From an uncultured Alphaproteobacteria bacterium (GTDB lineage Bacteria > Pseudomonadota > Alphaproteobacteria > SHVP01): a DNA stretch of 64,000 bases. Below, one piece after another: positions 7,800-16,501 of this stretch. The notes below the pieces were generated by a model. The model ran no database searches, had not been told where the DNA came from, and saw nothing but the letters and a program-made list of their open reading frames with translations. The position numbers and the translations under genes are program-made. Every line of letters begins with the position of its first letter. The first letter of the stretch is position 1. The DNA lies in the NCBI GenBank assembly GCA_964611585.1, contig CAZTAK010000001.1:11132-75131 (forward strand). The letters run 5' to 3'.

Positions 7800-9470
7800 A
7801 TGACACGAATTACCCGCCATTTCGTGACCGTGGGTACGCGCCGGGTGCATTACCGGCGCGCGGGATCGGGGCCCCCGGTAGTGATGCTGCACCCGAGCCC
7901 AAGCTGTTCAGGCAGCCTGACTGGCACCATCGATGTGTTCGCGAAGGCCTTCACCGCCATTGCGCTCGATACGCCCGGTTATGGGCTCTCCGATCTGTTG
8001 CCGATGGAGCAGCCGGAGATCCCCGATTTCGCCGAAGCGCTGGCCGAAACCCTCGATGCGCTGGGCATCGAACGCTGCGGCGTGTTCGGATCGCACACCG
8101 GCGCCTCTATCGCCATCGAATTTATCCGGCGCTATCCCGAACGCGCCTCGATCACGGTGTTCGACGGCTACCCCGGCTATACCGACGACTATCGCGCCGA
8201 CATGCTGGAATCCTACCTGCCGCCCTACGTTCCGAAGTGGGACGGGACTCATCTGTTGACGACGTGGATGAAGTACCGCGAGCAATTCCTCTATTCGCCC
8301 CCCTTCCGGCACCACAAGGAAAACCGCTCCAACGCAGTGCCGCGCGATCCGGTCACGACTCAGGCCGCTGTGACGCCCCGGTTGATGACGGGACGGAACT
8401 ACAACATCGGCTACTCGTCGGTGTTCCGGTACAAGAGCCTTGAGGCGCCGTACGACCTCAAATCTCCCACCTGCTTTGCCGCGCGTGAGGACGATTCGCT
8501 GGTCAGGTCGCTCGGCCTGCTGGACGATTTGCCCGAGGGCTGCTGGAAGGAAGTGCTGGGACGCGACGAGGCCGCCGCCGCCGAACGCTATGCGGAGATC
8601 TTGGCCGAGCGGCTGGAACCGGGCGATACGCCGGCCCCGCCCGACCCGGAAAACCTGCCCGGCCGGGTGCAATACTCCTACACCGATTTTGGCGCCGGCC
8701 AGGTGATGGTGCGCCGCGCCGGCAATGGCGACCGGCCCCTGGTGATGATGCCGCCTCTGCCGGGCACCTCGGACCTTCTCGAGACGCTGATGCTCGCGCT
8801 CGCGCCCGCGCGCGCGGTTATCGCGTTCGACCCGCCGGGCAACGGCGATTCGGACGACTTCCTGCCGCACACGATCGAAGCGTGCGCCGGCGCGCTGGGC
8901 CAGGTTGCAACCAAGCTGGCGGTGGGCGAATTCGACCTCTATGGCCGCAATGCGGGTGCTTCGGTGGCAGCCGCGTTCGCGCACGCCAACCCGGACCGCG
9001 TCGGCAAACTGATTCTCGACGCGCCGCTGGCCCTCGACACTGCCACGGCGGAGGCCTGGCAGGCCGGCTACGCCCCCGCCATCGAACCGAAATGGGACGG
9101 ATCGCACCTGATCGCGCTCTGGCATCAGCTCCGGGCCGAACAATTGTTCTCGCCGTGGTTCAACGAAACAGCCGCAGGCATTCGCGACGTCGAACCCGAA
9201 ATCGACCCCGATTTTCTGTCGCAAAAACTAACCGGCATCCTCAAGCATTACGGCACCTATCACGAATTCTGGGATGTGGCGTTCGAGTATCCAGGGCTCG
9301 ACACGCTGTCTCGTATCGGCCACACGACCCTCGTTTGCGCGCGCAAGAACGACCTGTTCGCCGCCTTCGCCGATGACGCCGCCGAAGCCGTTCCGAAGGC
9401 ATCGCGCGCCACCCTTCCGGCGGAAACACAGGGTGCCGCGCGCGTCATCGCGGAATTCCTGGATTCCTGA
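7800..9470 (+). CDS. tandem-duplicated alpha/beta-hydrolase-fold protein, paralog of the upstream gene
   Basis: It has the same two-repeat architecture (VVMLHPSPSCSG..DTPGYGLSD..FGSHTGASIAIEF // LVMMPPLPGTSD..DPPGNGDSD..LYGRNAGASVAAAF). Alternative TTG start at 7779 overlaps the upstream stop; ATG 7800 was chosen. Confidence 0.75.
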   Translation: MTRITRHFVTVGTRRVHYRRAGSGPPVVMLHPSPSCSGSLTGTIDVFAKAFTAIALDTPGYGLSDLLPMEQPEIPDFAEALAETLDALGIERCGVFGSHTGASIAIEFIRRYPERASITVFDGYPGYTDDYRADMLESYLPPYVPKWDGTHLLTTWMKYREQFLYSPPFRHHKENRSNAVPRDPVTTQAAVTPRLMTGRNYNIGYSSVFRYKSLEAPYDLKSPTCFAAREDDSLVRSLGLLDDLPEGCWKEVLGRDEAAAAERYAEILAERLEPGDTPAPPDPENLPGRVQYSYTDFGAGQVMVRRAGNGDRPLVMMPPLPGTSDLLETLMLALAPARAVIAFDPPGNGDSDDFLPHTIEACAGALGQVATKLAVGEFDLYGRNAGASVAAAFAHANPDRVGKLILDAPLALDTATAEAWQAGYAPAIEPKWDGSHLIALWHQLRAEQLFSPWFNETAAGIRDVEPEIDPDFLSQKLTGILKHYGTYHEFWDVAFEYPGLDTLSRIGHTTLVCARKNDLFAAFADDAAEAVPKASRATLPAETQGAARVIAEFLDS

Positions 9471-9491
9471 CCGCTCGCCGTCGCCACTCCC

Positions 9492-10487
9492 TTGAACGAT
9501 CCCGGGCAACAAGAAGTTCTCGTCATCAAGCACGGTGCGCTCGGCGATATGGTGCTGGCGACCGGCCCCTTCGGCGCCATCCGGGCGCATCACGCGCGCG
9601 CGCACATCACCTTGCTGACGACCAGCGCCTACGCGGAAATGATGCAGGGCTCGGGTTGGTTCGACGAAATCTGGATCGACAGCAAACCCACGCTCTGGCA
9701 ACCCGGCGACTGGTTGCGGCTGAGGCGGATGCTGCGCGGCGGGAACTTCGCGCGGGTCTACGACCTGCAGCACAGCGATCGAACTCATATGTACTACCGC
9801 CTGCTCGGCCGGCCGCGCCCGGAATGGTCGGGGATCGCCAAAGGTGCCTCGCACCCCCACACCAACCCCGACCGCGATTCGATGCACACCATCGAACGCC
9901 AAGCCGAACAACTTGCCCAGGCGGGAATCGCGAAAACCCCGCCGACCGATATTTCTTTTCTTGCCGCCGACCTGACGCGGTTACGGCTCGGGGACCGGTA
10001 CGCGCTGCTGGTCCCCGGCGGCGCCCGCCACCGGCCCCGCAAGCGCTGGCCCGCGGGCCGTTACGCGGCGCTGGCGGGTTGGCTGGCCAATCGCGACGTG
10101 CGGCCGGTGCTGATCGGGACGCTCGAGGAACAGGATGTCCTCGACGAAATCGCCGACCGCGTGCCCGCAACTCTCAACCTGTGCCAGGACACCACCTTCG
10201 CCGAGATTGCCGAACTCGCCCGCCACGCCATCGCCGCCGTCGGCAACGACACCGGCCCGATGCACCTGATCGCGGCCGCCGGATGCCCCACGGTGGTGCT
10301 GTTTTCGGCGGAATCGGTGCCGGCGCAAACCGCGCCGCGCGGCGAGGCCGTGACGATTCTCGAGGCGAAAACGCTGGAAACGATGGCGGTCGCGCGGGTT
10401 CTTGTGGCGCTCAAGGATTTCGATCCGGCCTTTTCGCGCGAAGCCAAACCAGGCGAGACCCTGGGGGAGAGCCCCGAGACCGGCTGA
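9492..10487 (+). CDS. glycosyltransferase family 9 (ADP-heptose:LPS heptosyltransferase-like)
   Basis: VLVIKHGALGDMVLATGPF at the N-terminus and the C-terminal GNDTGPMHLAAAAGCPTVVLF motif are characteristic of GT9. The probable start is TTG, 22 nt after the upstream stop. Confidence 0.8.
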   Translation: MNDPGQQEVLVIKHGALGDMVLATGPFGAIRAHHARAHITLLTTSAYAEMMQGSGWFDEIWIDSKPTLWQPGDWLRLRRMLRGGNFARVYDLQHSDRTHMYYRLLGRPRPEWSGIAKGASHPHTNPDRDSMHTIERQAEQLAQAGIAKTPPTDISFLAADLTRLRLGDRYALLVPGGARHRPRKRWPAGRYAALAGWLANRDVRPVLIGTLEEQDVLDEIADRVPATLNLCQDTTFAEIAELARHAIAAVGNDTGPMHLIAAAGCPTVVLFSAESVPAQTAPRGEAVTILEAKTLETMAVARVLVALKDFDPAFSREAKPGETLGESPETG

Positions 10488-10561
10488 CCCGCCGCTGCGG
10501 CCTTGCGCCCACCGGCTCGCACGGGCCACAATCGGCGCATCAACCGCCGGAGGATTGAACC

Positions 10562-11134
10562 ATGCCGAACCCCGTATTGCCGCGCGTTGCGCGCGAGGAC
10601 ATGCCCGAAGTCTTGCGGCAGGGCTATGACACCGCGAAAGAGGTGCGTGGCGACGCGACCTTCTTCGAGATCGGCGCGCACGCCCCCGAAATCCTGGACT
10701 GGTATCACAACAGCTTCTATTCGCGCGTATTCTACGGCGGCAAGGTGGACGTGAAGATCAAGGAACTTCTGCGCTACCGCCTGTCGATGACCCATGGCTG
10801 CGCGTTCTGCAACAAAGGCAACCGGCTCGCCGCCATCAAGGCGGGCGTAACCGAGGACCAGTTCCACAACATCATGAACGAATCGAGCGATGTGTTTTCG
10901 GACGGCGAGCGTGCGGTGCTGAAACTCGCCGATCAGATCGCCATTCCCAACATGCACGGCAATCTCGACAAGGCGCTCTATGACGCCCTGCGGCCCCACT
11001 TTTCCGACGGTGAAATCTTCGAACTCGGCGTGACCGCGGCGGTTCTCACCGGCATGGCGAAGTTCCTGTTCGTGTTCGATCTGGTCGAAAAGGAAGCAAA
11101 CTGCCCGATCGTGCCGCGCCAGGCGGCGGAATAG
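10562..11134 (+). CDS. carboxymuconolactone decarboxylase / AhpD-like family protein
   Basis: It carries the CMD-family core with a HGCAFCN (CxxC) motif and is about 190 aa. Confidence 0.8.
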   Translation: MPNPVLPRVAREDMPEVLRQGYDTAKEVRGDATFFEIGAHAPEILDWYHNSFYSRVFYGGKVDVKIKELLRYRLSMTHGCAFCNKGNRLAAIKAGVTEDQFHNIMNESSDVFSDGERAVLKLADQIAIPNMHGNLDKALYDALRPHFSDGEIFELGVTAAVLTGMAKFLFVFDLVEKEANCPIVPRQAAE

Positions 11135-11135
11135 A

Positions 11136-11207
11136 CCCGCGCACTCGTAATCCCGCGTACTCGAAAACCCGCGCACGGACACACCCGCGCACAAATAGAC
11201 CCGCGCA
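11136..11207. repeat. five direct repeats of CCCGCG(C/T)A phased at exactly 16 bp (starts 11136, 11152, 11168, 11184, 11200), ending 13 nt before the RidA start codon; candidate operator array
   Basis: The repeats were read directly from the sequence gacCCGCGCActcgtaatCCCGCGTActcgaaaaCCCGCGCAcggacacaCCCGCGCAcaaatagaCCCGCGCAtaggagg. The last repeat abuts the AGGAGG RBS. Confidence 0.7.
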
Positions 11208-11220
11208 TAGGAGGCGCCCC

Positions 11221-11610
11221 ATGAACCGGCATTTCAATCCCGCCACCTCGTTTCCGCCGCAGGGGGCCTATAGCCACGGTGTCGATGTGCCGCCGGGATC
11301 GCGCATGGTGTATGTCGCGGGCCAGGTGGGCGTGGACAAAGACGGCAACACGCCCGAGGATTTCGCATCGGAAGCCGACAACGCCTTCGCCAACGTGGTG
11401 CGCGTTCTGGCGGACGCGGGCATGGAACCGACCGATATCGTCAAGCTCAACACCTACCTGACGCGCCCGGAAGACATGGCAACGCTGCGGCCGATTCGCG
11501 AGAAGCACTTCGGCGATCACGCCCCGGCCGCAACGCTGGTGTACGTCGCCGGCCTCGCCGCGCCGATCTGGCATATCGAGATCGAGGCGGTGGCGGCGAA
11601 GAAGGATTAG
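11221..11610 (+). CDS. RidA/YjgF/TdcF family reactive-intermediate deaminase
   Basis: The 129-aa product has RidA-family motifs (PPQGAYSHGV, YVAGQVGVD, NTYLT, HAPAATLVYVAGL). A strong RBS (AGGAGG) is present. Confidence 0.85.
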   Translation: MNRHFNPATSFPPQGAYSHGVDVPPGSRMVYVAGQVGVDKDGNTPEDFASEADNAFANVVRVLADAGMEPTDIVKLNTYLTRPEDMATLRPIREKHFGDHAPAATLVYVAGLAAPIWHIEIEAVAAKKD

Positions 11611-11632
11611 ACACCGGGCAGTGCCAGCCGCG

Positions 11633-11664
11633 AAGAAAGGCCCCGGTGACGGGGCCTTTCTGCT
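11633..11664. terminator. bidirectional rho-independent terminator hairpin between convergent genes
   Basis: The GC-rich stem AAAGGCCCCG-gtga-CGGGGCCTTT is followed by CTGCTG on the + strand and flanked by an A-run on the - strand side. Confidence 0.45.
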
Positions 11665-11686
11665 GCGCGCGGAAAACTCGCTTTGA

Positions 11687-12118
11687 TTAGCCGTGGTGGA
11701 AGTCGTGCATCTCGGCCATGTCGTTCCAGACCCATTGCTCGGCGAACTTGCCGCCGCGGATCAGGAAGCGGTCGATGTAGCGGATGCCTGAATACGGCGA
11801 TCCGTCGAGCCATTTCCCTTGCAGGGTGCCGATACTGAAAACAACGGTGCCATCGGGTGTCTCGGCCACCTCGAAGCGTTCGAATGTCTTGCTGGTGCCG
11901 GTGTAGCGGCTTTTTGAAAACGCCGCCAGGTCTTCCAGTTTCGTGTAGCGCCGCGCGCCCGGGAAAAGCATCTCGAAGTCCGGCGCCAGCATCGTGCGCG
12001 CGGTGTCGAAATCGCGCGCCTCCATGGTCCGCAAATATGTCGCGACCATGCGTTCCGGCGAGCCTTCGGGCAAATCTTCGGGTTCGAGGGATTTCTGTTT
12101 CAGCGCGGCTTCGGCCAT
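11687..12118 (-). CDS. SnoaL-like / NTF2-like fold protein
   Basis: The 143-aa ORF has an NTF2-like pattern (VATYLRTMEARDFDTARTMLAPDFEMLFPG..RFLIRGGKFAEQWVWND). Confidence 0.55.
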   Translation of the reverse strand: MAEAALKQKSLEPEDLPEGSPERMVATYLRTMEARDFDTARTMLAPDFEMLFPGARRYTKLEDLAAFSKSRYTGTSKTFERFEVAETPDGTVVFSIGTLQGKWLDGSPYSGIRYIDRFLIRGGKFAEQWVWNDMAEMHDFHHG

Positions 12119-12285
12119 GGCGGTTCCTCCCAGTGGGTTGTCGCTTCAGGGTAGCGTCCTTCGCCCCAGAGGTTCAATTCCGACTTTGCGGCGCGGTGAT
12201 ATTGGCGCCAAACACCGATAAAAACTAAACATAATCAGATGGTTAGCCGAATTGTGCGGATCGCCATCGAGGTGCCGAAATGCGC

Positions 12286-12457
12286 GGAATCGAACTGGGG
12301 GGTCGCGCCCCAAGAGCGGTTCCGTTCTAATCGGAACCACTCTCGCTTTTTTGTCGCTCACGGCAGCGGACCGATTGGTCCGCGCCTGCGCGGGCGCGCC
12401 GCACAAGCGGCGGGCCGCCTCGCGGCCACGGGCGATTCCAGACGAACCGGAATCGCC
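12286..12457. repeat. intergenic REP/MITE-like repeat element, copy B
   Basis: It shares about 120 bp with copy A (1263-1536), including a hairpin (GAGCGGTTCCG..CGGAACCACTC) plus T-run and the terminal GATTCCAGACGAACCGGAATCGCC inverted repeat. Short terminal inverted GGAATCG motifs are present. It ends exactly at the stop codon of the minus-strand ORF. Confidence 0.6.
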
Positions 12458-12694
12458 CTAGTCGTCGAGATCGACGCGCAGAAGCCCCATCGACCAGACG
12501 AACAGCCGATACCACACGAACCCCAGTCCAAACAGCGCCGCCAGCACCCCCGGCAACATCACCCAAGCCAGCCCACGCGCCTCGAGCCACGCAAAGCCCT
12601 GGACCTGAAACCACCACAGTCCGCCGACCGCCGCCGCGAAAACGACTGCGCCCGCAAATGCGAGCGAAACCAATATCTTGTAGCGTACCGCCAT
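12458..12694 (-). CDS. small hypothetical membrane protein (2 TM)
   Basis: The 78-aa ORF has two hydrophobic helices. It abuts repeat copy B. Support is weak. Confidence 0.3.
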   Translation of the reverse strand: MAVRYKILVSLAFAGAVVFAAAVGGLWWFQVQGFAWLEARGLAWVMLPGVLAALFGLGFVWYRLFVWSMGLLRVDLDD

Positions 12695-12939
12695 CGCTGC
12701 CTACTGGCCTCCCCTCGGCCCACACGTGGCCGATCGCAAAGCGCCGCCTGGGTGGCCCCTCCCGGAACGGCCCCCTTGGCGCCCCCTGATCCGCCCTTGG
12801 CAGCATTAGCGCGCGGCAGCGCGCGGTCAAGGCGCGCGTATCGAACGGGCTTGTCGCGGTTGCGGGCAGTCTCTAGGTTTGAAGGCGGTGGCGCCAGTCC
12901 GGCGGGCGCCGAACCCGCCACAACCCTAGGGCCCGTTTC

Positions 12940-14217
12940 ATGGGAATGACGCTTTCCGAGAAGATAATCGCCAGGGCCTGCGGGCAGGATTCGGTGCGGC
13001 CGGGTGAAATCGTGACCTGCAAGGTCGATCTCGCCATGACCCACGATTCGAGCGGGCCGCGCCGCCAGGCGCCGCGCCTGAAGGAACTCGGCGTCAAGGT
13101 GTGGGACCCGGACAAGGTGGTGATCCTTACGGATCACTACGTTCCGGCGGTCGATGCGCTGAGCGCGGAGATCCTCAAACTCACACGCGACTGGGTCAAA
13201 GAACAGGGGATAAAGAATTTCTACGACATGCAGGGCATCTGCCATGTCGTGCTGCCCGAGCGCGGCCACCTGCACCCGGGCCAGTTCGCCGTCGGCGGTG
13301 ATTCCCACTCGCCCACCGGGGGCGCGTTCGGGACCTTCATGATCGGGGTCGGCGCCACCGATATGACCGGCGTTCTGGCGACCGGCGAAATCTGGGTCAA
13401 CGTACCGCCGACCATCCTGGTGCGCTGGACCGGCGATCTTCCCGAATACGTCACCGCCAAGGACATGATGCTGCGGCTGTGCGGCGAGATCGGCCTTAAC
13501 GGCGCCAACTACAAGGTCGTTGAGTTCGCCGGCAATGGCGTGAGCGCGCTCTCGATGGACGAACGCATGGTGCTGCCCAACATGACCGCCGAAGTCGGCG
13601 CCAAAACCGGCATCATTGCCCCCGACGCGGTGACGGTGGAATGGCTAAAAGCCGCGGGCGCGGAAACAGCGGGCGCGCTGGACTGGTTTTCGGACGAGGA
13701 CTGCGAGTACGAGAGTGTGTTGGAATTCGATGCCTCCACACTGTCACCACAGGTGGCGGCGCCGCACAGTCCGGCCAATGCCGCGCCGGTAGAGGACTTC
13801 AAGGACGTTGCCGTCGATCAGGCCTACATCGGCGCCTGCACCGGCGCGAAACTCGAAGACCTGCACATGGCGGCCGAGATCGTCCGCGGCCAGACCGTCG
13901 CCGAGGGAACGCGCTTTCTGGTGGCGCCCGCCTCAACGCGAATTACGGCGCAAGCCGCCGCCGACGGGACGCTGGCGACGCTGACCGCGGCAGGTGCAAT
14001 CTTGCTGCCGTCCGGTTGCGGCGCGTGTGCGGGCCTCGGCGCGGGCGTGTTGTCGGCAGGCGAGACCTGCATCTCGTCCACCAACCGTAATTTCAAGGGC
14101 CGCATGGGCCCCTCGGACGCTTCCGTTTATCTGGGATCGCCCTATGCAGTGGCGGCCGCGGCGGTGGCCGGGCACATCGCCGATCCCCGCGACATCAGCA
14201 ACCGGAGGGCATCATGA
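12940..14217 (+). CDS. aconitase-family dehydratase large subunit, archaeal-type LeuC-like (LeuC/homoaconitase/dimethylmaleate hydratase family)
   Basis: The 425-aa product aligns along its length with small-type LeuC (MGMTLSEKI, VDLAMTHD, GGDSHSPTGGAFG, the Fe-S cysteines in SGCGACAG and ISSTNRNFKGRMG). Confidence 0.85.
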   Translation: MGMTLSEKIIARACGQDSVRPGEIVTCKVDLAMTHDSSGPRRQAPRLKELGVKVWDPDKVVILTDHYVPAVDALSAEILKLTRDWVKEQGIKNFYDMQGICHVVLPERGHLHPGQFAVGGDSHSPTGGAFGTFMIGVGATDMTGVLATGEIWVNVPPTILVRWTGDLPEYVTAKDMMLRLCGEIGLNGANYKVVEFAGNGVSALSMDERMVLPNMTAEVGAKTGIIAPDAVTVEWLKAAGAETAGALDWFSDEDCEYESVLEFDASTLSPQVAAPHSPANAAPVEDFKDVAVDQAYIGACTGAKLEDLHMAAEIVRGQTVAEGTRFLVAPASTRITAQAAADGTLATLTAAGAILLPSGCGACAGLGAGVLSAGETCISSTNRNFKGRMGPSDASVYLGSPYAVAAAAVAGHIADPRDISNRRAS

Positions 14218-14720
14218 GCGGTACGGACGGCGGCGGCACCGCCTGGGTCTATGGCGACGACATCGACACGGATTCGCTGGCGCCGGGGCTCTATCTCAAA
14301 GGGTCGATGGAGGAGATGGCGAAGCATTGCCTCGAAGCGATCGACCCCACCTTCGCCGCCGAATCCAAGGAAGGCGACTTCGTGGTGGCGGACGAGAATT
14401 TCGGCATCGGTTCGTCGCGCGAACAGGCGGCGCAGTGCCTGTCGATATTGGGCGTCAATGTGGTGCTGGCCAAGAGTTTCGCGCGTATCTTTTACCGCAA
14501 CGCTTTCAACGTCGGTGTCGTGCCGCTGGTGTTCAAAGACGCGGACAAAATCAAGAAAGGCGACCGCCTGCGGGTCGATGCGGCTGCGGGCACGATCGAA
14601 AATCTTACCAGGAACGAGACCTACACCTGCGAGACCGTACCACCGCACCTGATGGAAATCGTTGCCGACGGCGGCCTGATGCCGCATCTGAAAAAGAAAC
14701 TGAAAGGAAAAACGACGTGA
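14214..14720 (+). CDS. aconitase-family dehydratase small subunit (LeuD-like)
   Basis: ATGA overlap with the upstream stop. The product has the LeuD-like swivel domain (VYGDDIDTD, GIGSSREQA). Confidence 0.85.
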   Translation: MSGTDGGGTAWVYGDDIDTDSLAPGLYLKGSMEEMAKHCLEAIDPTFAAESKEGDFVVADENFGIGSSREQAAQCLSILGVNVVLAKSFARIFYRNAFNVGVVPLVFKDADKIKKGDRLRVDAAAGTIENLTRNETYTCETVPPHLMEIVADGGLMPHLKKKLKGKTT

Positions 14721-15601
14721 CCGATTATCAATCGCTCAAGAGCCAGCTTGCAGGCGATGACATCATCGTCGCGCCCGGCTGCTATGACGCCTATTCGGCA
14801 ATGATGATCGCCAAGGCCGGCTTCAGCGTGGCCTACATCTCCGGCGCCGGCGTGTCGTTTACGCGCATCGGACGTCCCGATATCGGCCTGGTCAGCATGC
14901 ACGAAGTGGCCGAGACCGTGAGCGCGATCGCAGAATTCAACGACATCCCGCTGGTCATCGACGGCGATACCGGATTCGGTAATGCGCTCAACGTAATGCG
15001 CACGGTGCGCCTGTTCGAACGCGCGGGCGCGAGCGCGATTCAGCTCGAAGACCAGACCATGCCCAAGCGCTGCGGTCACCTGAGCGGAAAGTCGCTGGTG
15101 CCGGATGCGGAAATGGTCGGCAAGATCAAGGCCGCGACCGACGCACGGCGCTCGGACCAAACACTGATCATCGGCCGCACCGACGCGATCGCGGTCGAGG
15201 GGTTCGAACGCGCGCTCGAGCGCGCCGAACGCTACGTCGAGGCGGGCGCGGACGTCCTGTTCATCGAGGCGCCGCAGACCGACGATCAGATGAAGGCCCT
15301 GACGGCGCAGTTCAAAGGCCGGGTCCCGCTCCTGGCGAACATGGTCGAGGGCGGCAAGACGCCGCTGAAAAGTGCGGCCGAGTTGCAGGCGCTCGGCTAT
15401 TCGCTGGTGATTTTTCCGGGCGGGCTGATCCGGGCCTATTCGTTCATGGCCGCGGAATACCTGAAGAGTTTACGCGAAAACGGCACCACGGCGCCCTACC
15501 GCAACCGGATGCTGGATTTCGATCAGCTCCAGGAGGTGCTGGGAACGGCCTCGGTGCTGGAGGCGGGCGGGCGCTACGACGCCGAGAACTTCGAGGCCTG
15601 A
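14717..15601 (+). CDS. isocitrate lyase/PEP mutase superfamily lyase (2-methylisocitrate lyase / 2,3-dimethylmalate lyase-like)
   Basis: The GTG start overlaps the LeuD-like stop (GTGA). The product carries the ICL/PEPM signature KRCGH plus DGDTGFG and IEDQ. Confidence 0.8.
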   Translation: MTDYQSLKSQLAGDDIIVAPGCYDAYSAMMIAKAGFSVAYISGAGVSFTRIGRPDIGLVSMHEVAETVSAIAEFNDIPLVIDGDTGFGNALNVMRTVRLFERAGASAIQLEDQTMPKRCGHLSGKSLVPDAEMVGKIKAATDARRSDQTLIIGRTDAIAVEGFERALERAERYVEAGADVLFIEAPQTDDQMKALTAQFKGRVPLLANMVEGGKTPLKSAAELQALGYSLVIFPGGLIRAYSFMAAEYLKSLRENGTTAPYRNRMLDFDQLQEVLGTASVLEAGGRYDAENFEA

Positions 15602-15629
15602 CAAGCGAGGCATACGAAGCGGACGCGCG

Positions 15630-16496
15630 ATGACCGAACGCTTCACGTTTTCGAGCCCGGACGCCCTGGCGGCACGCATCCCTGACGGCGCGCACCTGGC
15701 GATCCCGGCCGACCGGCGCGGCGTGTCGATGGCAACGACGCGCGCCCTTATCCGCCGCAGCGCGCGCGATCTCCGGCTCGTCGCCGTCCCCACCAGCGGG
15801 CTTCAGGCTGATCTCCTGATCGGCGCCGGCGCAGTCGCCGAAATCGAAACATCGGCCGTCTCGCTGGGCGAATACGGCCCGGCGCCGCGGTTTGGCGAGG
15901 CCGTCGAGCAGGGACGCATCGTCATCTTGGACGCTACCTGCCCCGCCATTCACGCCGGATTGCACGCCGCCGAAAAAGGCATCCCGTTCATGCCGCTCAG
16001 GGGAATTCTGGGCTCGGACCTGCTGGTCCACCGCCCCGACTGGACAGTGATCGAAAATCCCCTGGGGCCGGTGCCGGAAGAACGGCCCGGCACCACGGCA
16101 GAGGACTTTGCCGATCCCATCGTCATTCTGCCGGCGATCCGGCCCGATTTCGCGCTCTTTCATGTGCCGCTCGCCGACCGGGCCGGCAATATCTGGGTCG
16201 GGCGCAACCGCGATCTCATTACCATGGCGCATGCGGCGCGCGAGACCCTGGTGACAGTGGAAGCAATCGCCGATCACGATCTCATGGCCGATCGCGAATG
16301 GGCGGCGGGGACGCTTTCGTCGTTCTATGTGAGTGGCATCGCCGTTGCCGAGAAGGGCGCCTGGCCGACGGCGATGCCGGGCACCTACGAAGAAGACGCA
16401 GAGCACATGCGCCGCTACGCCGAACAAGCCCGCAGCGGCGAGGGATTCGCGGCCTACCTCGAGGAATTCGTTTTTCAGGACCTTTCCCTCGGGTAG
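15630..16496 (+). CDS. CoA-transferase family I, subunit A
   Basis: The 288-aa product resembles glutaconate/3-oxoadipate CoA-transferase A subunits. It sits immediately upstream of the B subunit. Confidence 0.7.
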   Translation: MTERFTFSSPDALAARIPDGAHLAIPADRRGVSMATTRALIRRSARDLRLVAVPTSGLQADLLIGAGAVAEIETSAVSLGEYGPAPRFGEAVEQGRIVILDATCPAIHAGLHAAEKGIPFMPLRGILGSDLLVHRPDWTVIENPLGPVPEERPGTTAEDFADPIVILPAIRPDFALFHVPLADRAGNIWVGRNRDLITMAHAARETLVTVEAIADHDLMADREWAAGTLSSFYVSGIAVAEKGAWPTAMPGTYEEDAEHMRRYAEQARSGEGFAAYLEEFVFQDLSLG

Positions 16497-16501
16497 CGCT
16501 C

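Noticed and set aside
5974-7806. A 610-aa ORF on the minus strand spanning the first hydrolase gene
   Set aside because: It is entirely antisense to two strongly conserved + strand genes. Its translation is Arg/Gly-rich with no domain. Such long shadow ORFs are expected at about 65% GC.
10061-11194. A 377-aa minus-strand ORF overlapping the GT9 and AhpD-like genes
   Set aside because: It is antisense to conserved genes and has low-complexity Ala/Arg-rich content. It is a GC-driven artefact.
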